In this document: piece by piece, positions 30,881 through 32,000 of the stretch
How the letters are laid out: every line of letters starts with the position of its first letter
Numbering within the stretch: the stretch's first letter is position 1
DNA from: Terrimicrobiaceae bacterium
Lineage (GTDB): Bacteria; Verrucomicrobiota; Verrucomicrobiia; Chthoniobacterales; Terrimicrobiaceae
Length of the DNA: 32,000 nucleotides
Assembly (NCBI GenBank): GCA_041744075.1
Contig: JBGTLQ010000373.1
Span: 1 to 32,000 of the forward strand
Direction of reading: 5' to 3'
Notes under the pieces: generated by a model
Seen by the model: the letters and a program-made list of their open reading frames with translations, nothing else
Database searches by the model: none
Told to the model about the DNA's origin: nothing
Program-made: the position numbers and the translations under genes

Positions 30881-31801
30881 TCATAGAAAGATCATTCCGA
30901 CGGCTAAAGTGGCCAGCCCGGCGTAGAGACCGGCGATGAGGTCATCCCAAACAATCTTACCGGGAATGGGCAGATTCTCAACCCATGAGACTCCCCACTT
31001 AAAAATATCGAAGATCCGGAAAAACAAAAATGCGACAATCAGCATCCACCACGGGGAACCTGCGGGCAAAAACGCCCATGTGAGCGCCATGCCTGCAACC
31101 TCATCCAGCACAAACTCCCGCGGATCCTCGGCTAAAAATCTCGAGCCCGCCCATTTTTCAAGGGCCACGCTCGCCAGCGTGGCAAGGATTGTCACAGCCA
31201 CCGCCAACAGAAAAAATTGATGAGCATCCAACAGCCACCAAGCCGCCATGGCCGGAGGCAGCATGACGGCAGACGCCAGGGTTGCAGGCATGATGGGAAA
31301 TAGACCCGTGCCAAAAAATGTGACGGCGAGTTCTTTGACTCCGCCACGCTGTTCAAGGCTGACTGAGAGTGGGGAGCTCAGGTAAATGCATTCGAAGTTT
31401 CCAGGAAGGGCCGTGGAGCAAGTCCTTGCACCGACGGCATCTGAGGCTAGCAGCGGCGCAAGCAGCTTACCCAATGGCCACCCGGCCACCCATTCCCGCA
31501 ACGTGGTTGTGGTTTTGGCAGGATGTCGAGCGGCTTTATGCGGCAAAGGATTTGATGACAAATCCGGAGAAACCACCGTCACCGCTTTGACGGAATCTGA
31601 CGGCAGCACAACTTGCGTGCGCGGCTGATCCGGTGCCCACACAACCCAGAGTTCCGGAGTTTTATCGTCATAACTCATCCCCTCTGCCTCCGCGGCAGCG
31701 TGCAGCATATTCGTGCCGATCCCCCCAACCCGGGTCAACCCTGGGCAGACAAATTGCGAGCGTCTGAGCAGCCCGCGCAGGGATCGGATTTCAATTTCCA
31801 C
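30881..31801 (-). CDS. pgpA: Phosphatidylglycerophosphatase A domain protein with a ~150-aa N-terminal extension.
   Basis: The C-terminal ~155 aa read FFGTGLFPIMPATLASAV...EDPREFVLDEVAGMALTW...LIVAFLFFRIFDIFKWGVSWVENLPIPGKIVWDDLIAGLYAGLATL, which is the PgpA signature (G-x-G-x-x-P-x-x-PGT ... ViDEvxG ... FRxfDixKP ... DDxxAGxYA). The start is uncertain: GTG 31801 or internal ATGs. Confidence 0.85.
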   Translation of the reverse strand: MEIEIRSLRGLLRRSQFVCPGLTRVGGIGTNMLHAAAEAEGMSYDDKTPELWVVWAPDQPRTQVVLPSDSVKAVTVVSPDLSSNPLPHKAARHPAKTTTTLREWVAGWPLGKLLAPLLASDAVGARTCSTALPGNFECIYLSSPLSVSLEQRGGVKELAVTFFGTGLFPIMPATLASAVMLPPAMAAWWLLDAHQFFLLAVAVTILATLASVALEKWAGSRFLAEDPREFVLDEVAGMALTWAFLPAGSPWWMLIVAFLFFRIFDIFKWGVSWVENLPIPGKIVWDDLIAGLYAGLATLAVGMIFL

Positions 31802-32000
31802 CGAGGACTTTGAAGAAGTGGAATGGTGAGGTGAGATCGTATTTGGTGAAGGCCAGAAGACTGGCGATCACTACCACCGCGATGGTGGAAACGATGACCA
31901 TGGGGCTCTTGAGCAGATGCTCGGGCTCAAGCTTGGCCTCCTCCTCGCTCATCGCGCGGTTCAGGTAAACACCAATGGCAATCACCACAAGTGGGAAAAC
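31791..32000 (-). CDS. 3' end of an unidentified membrane protein gene. It is partial, and the frame stays open to the window edge.
   Basis: The frame is open from 32000: VFPLVVIAIGVYLNRAMSEEEAKLEPEHLLKSPMVIVSTIAVVVIASLLAFTKYDL... It has two hydrophobic segments. Its stop overlaps the pgpA-like GTG start by 11 nt. Confidence 0.35.
   Translation of the reverse strand, partial: VFPLVVIAIGVYLNRAMSEEEAKLEPEHLLKSPMVIVSTIAVVVIASLLAFTKYDLTSPFHFFKVLGGN

Noticed and set aside
1-32000. A scan for CRISPR arrays, tRNA or rRNA genes, and long tandem repeats.
   Set aside because: I saw no regularly spaced repeat array, no tRNA-like T-arm or acceptor pattern in the intergenic regions, and no rRNA-like sequence. 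The scan was by eye and is not exhaustive.

Overview
This is a chromosomal segment from a moderately GC-rich bacterium. Frequent GTG/TTG starts, weak Shine-Dalgarno signals and the gene content suggest a PVC-group or Verrucomicrobiota-like genome, but that is inference only. I can support about 27 protein genes plus several gene remnants. I saw no rRNA, tRNA or CRISPR array.

Left to right, the window contains:
- a decayed LysR/SDR gene pair;
- a large uncharacterised glycoside-hydrolase-like protein next to a secreted beta-helix protein;
- a divergent cytochrome P450/AraC pair;
- a compact family-B DNA polymerase;
- lnt;
- a ~1.3-kb islet that looks more AT-rich, holding short tandem repeats, broken reading frames, a RelE/ParE-type toxin-antitoxin pair and a stump of a Panacea (DUF4065)-like gene;
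- a Tat-exported aldo/keto reductase;
- a RecQ-family helicase;
- a membrane-anchored alkaline-phosphatase homologue whose catalytic residues appear to be erased;
- rplI-dnaB;
- a TupA-like ATP-grasp gene;
- an IS5-family transposase stump;
- a seven-gene, translationally coupled Mrp-type antiporter operon in E-F-G-B-C-D-D' order;
- photolyase directly downstream of a sigma-70 factor;
- a GT-C-like membrane protein;
- a long-form PgpA.

I did not find a clear, complete novel multi-gene system. The items most worth follow-up are the catalytically dead alkaline-phosphatase-like protein, the multi-hairpin intergenic element at 10586-10732, the lnt-proximal accessory islet, the unassigned 861-aa protein with its beta-helix neighbour, and the non-canonical Mrp layout. 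All homology calls come from reading motifs by eye. No searches were run.
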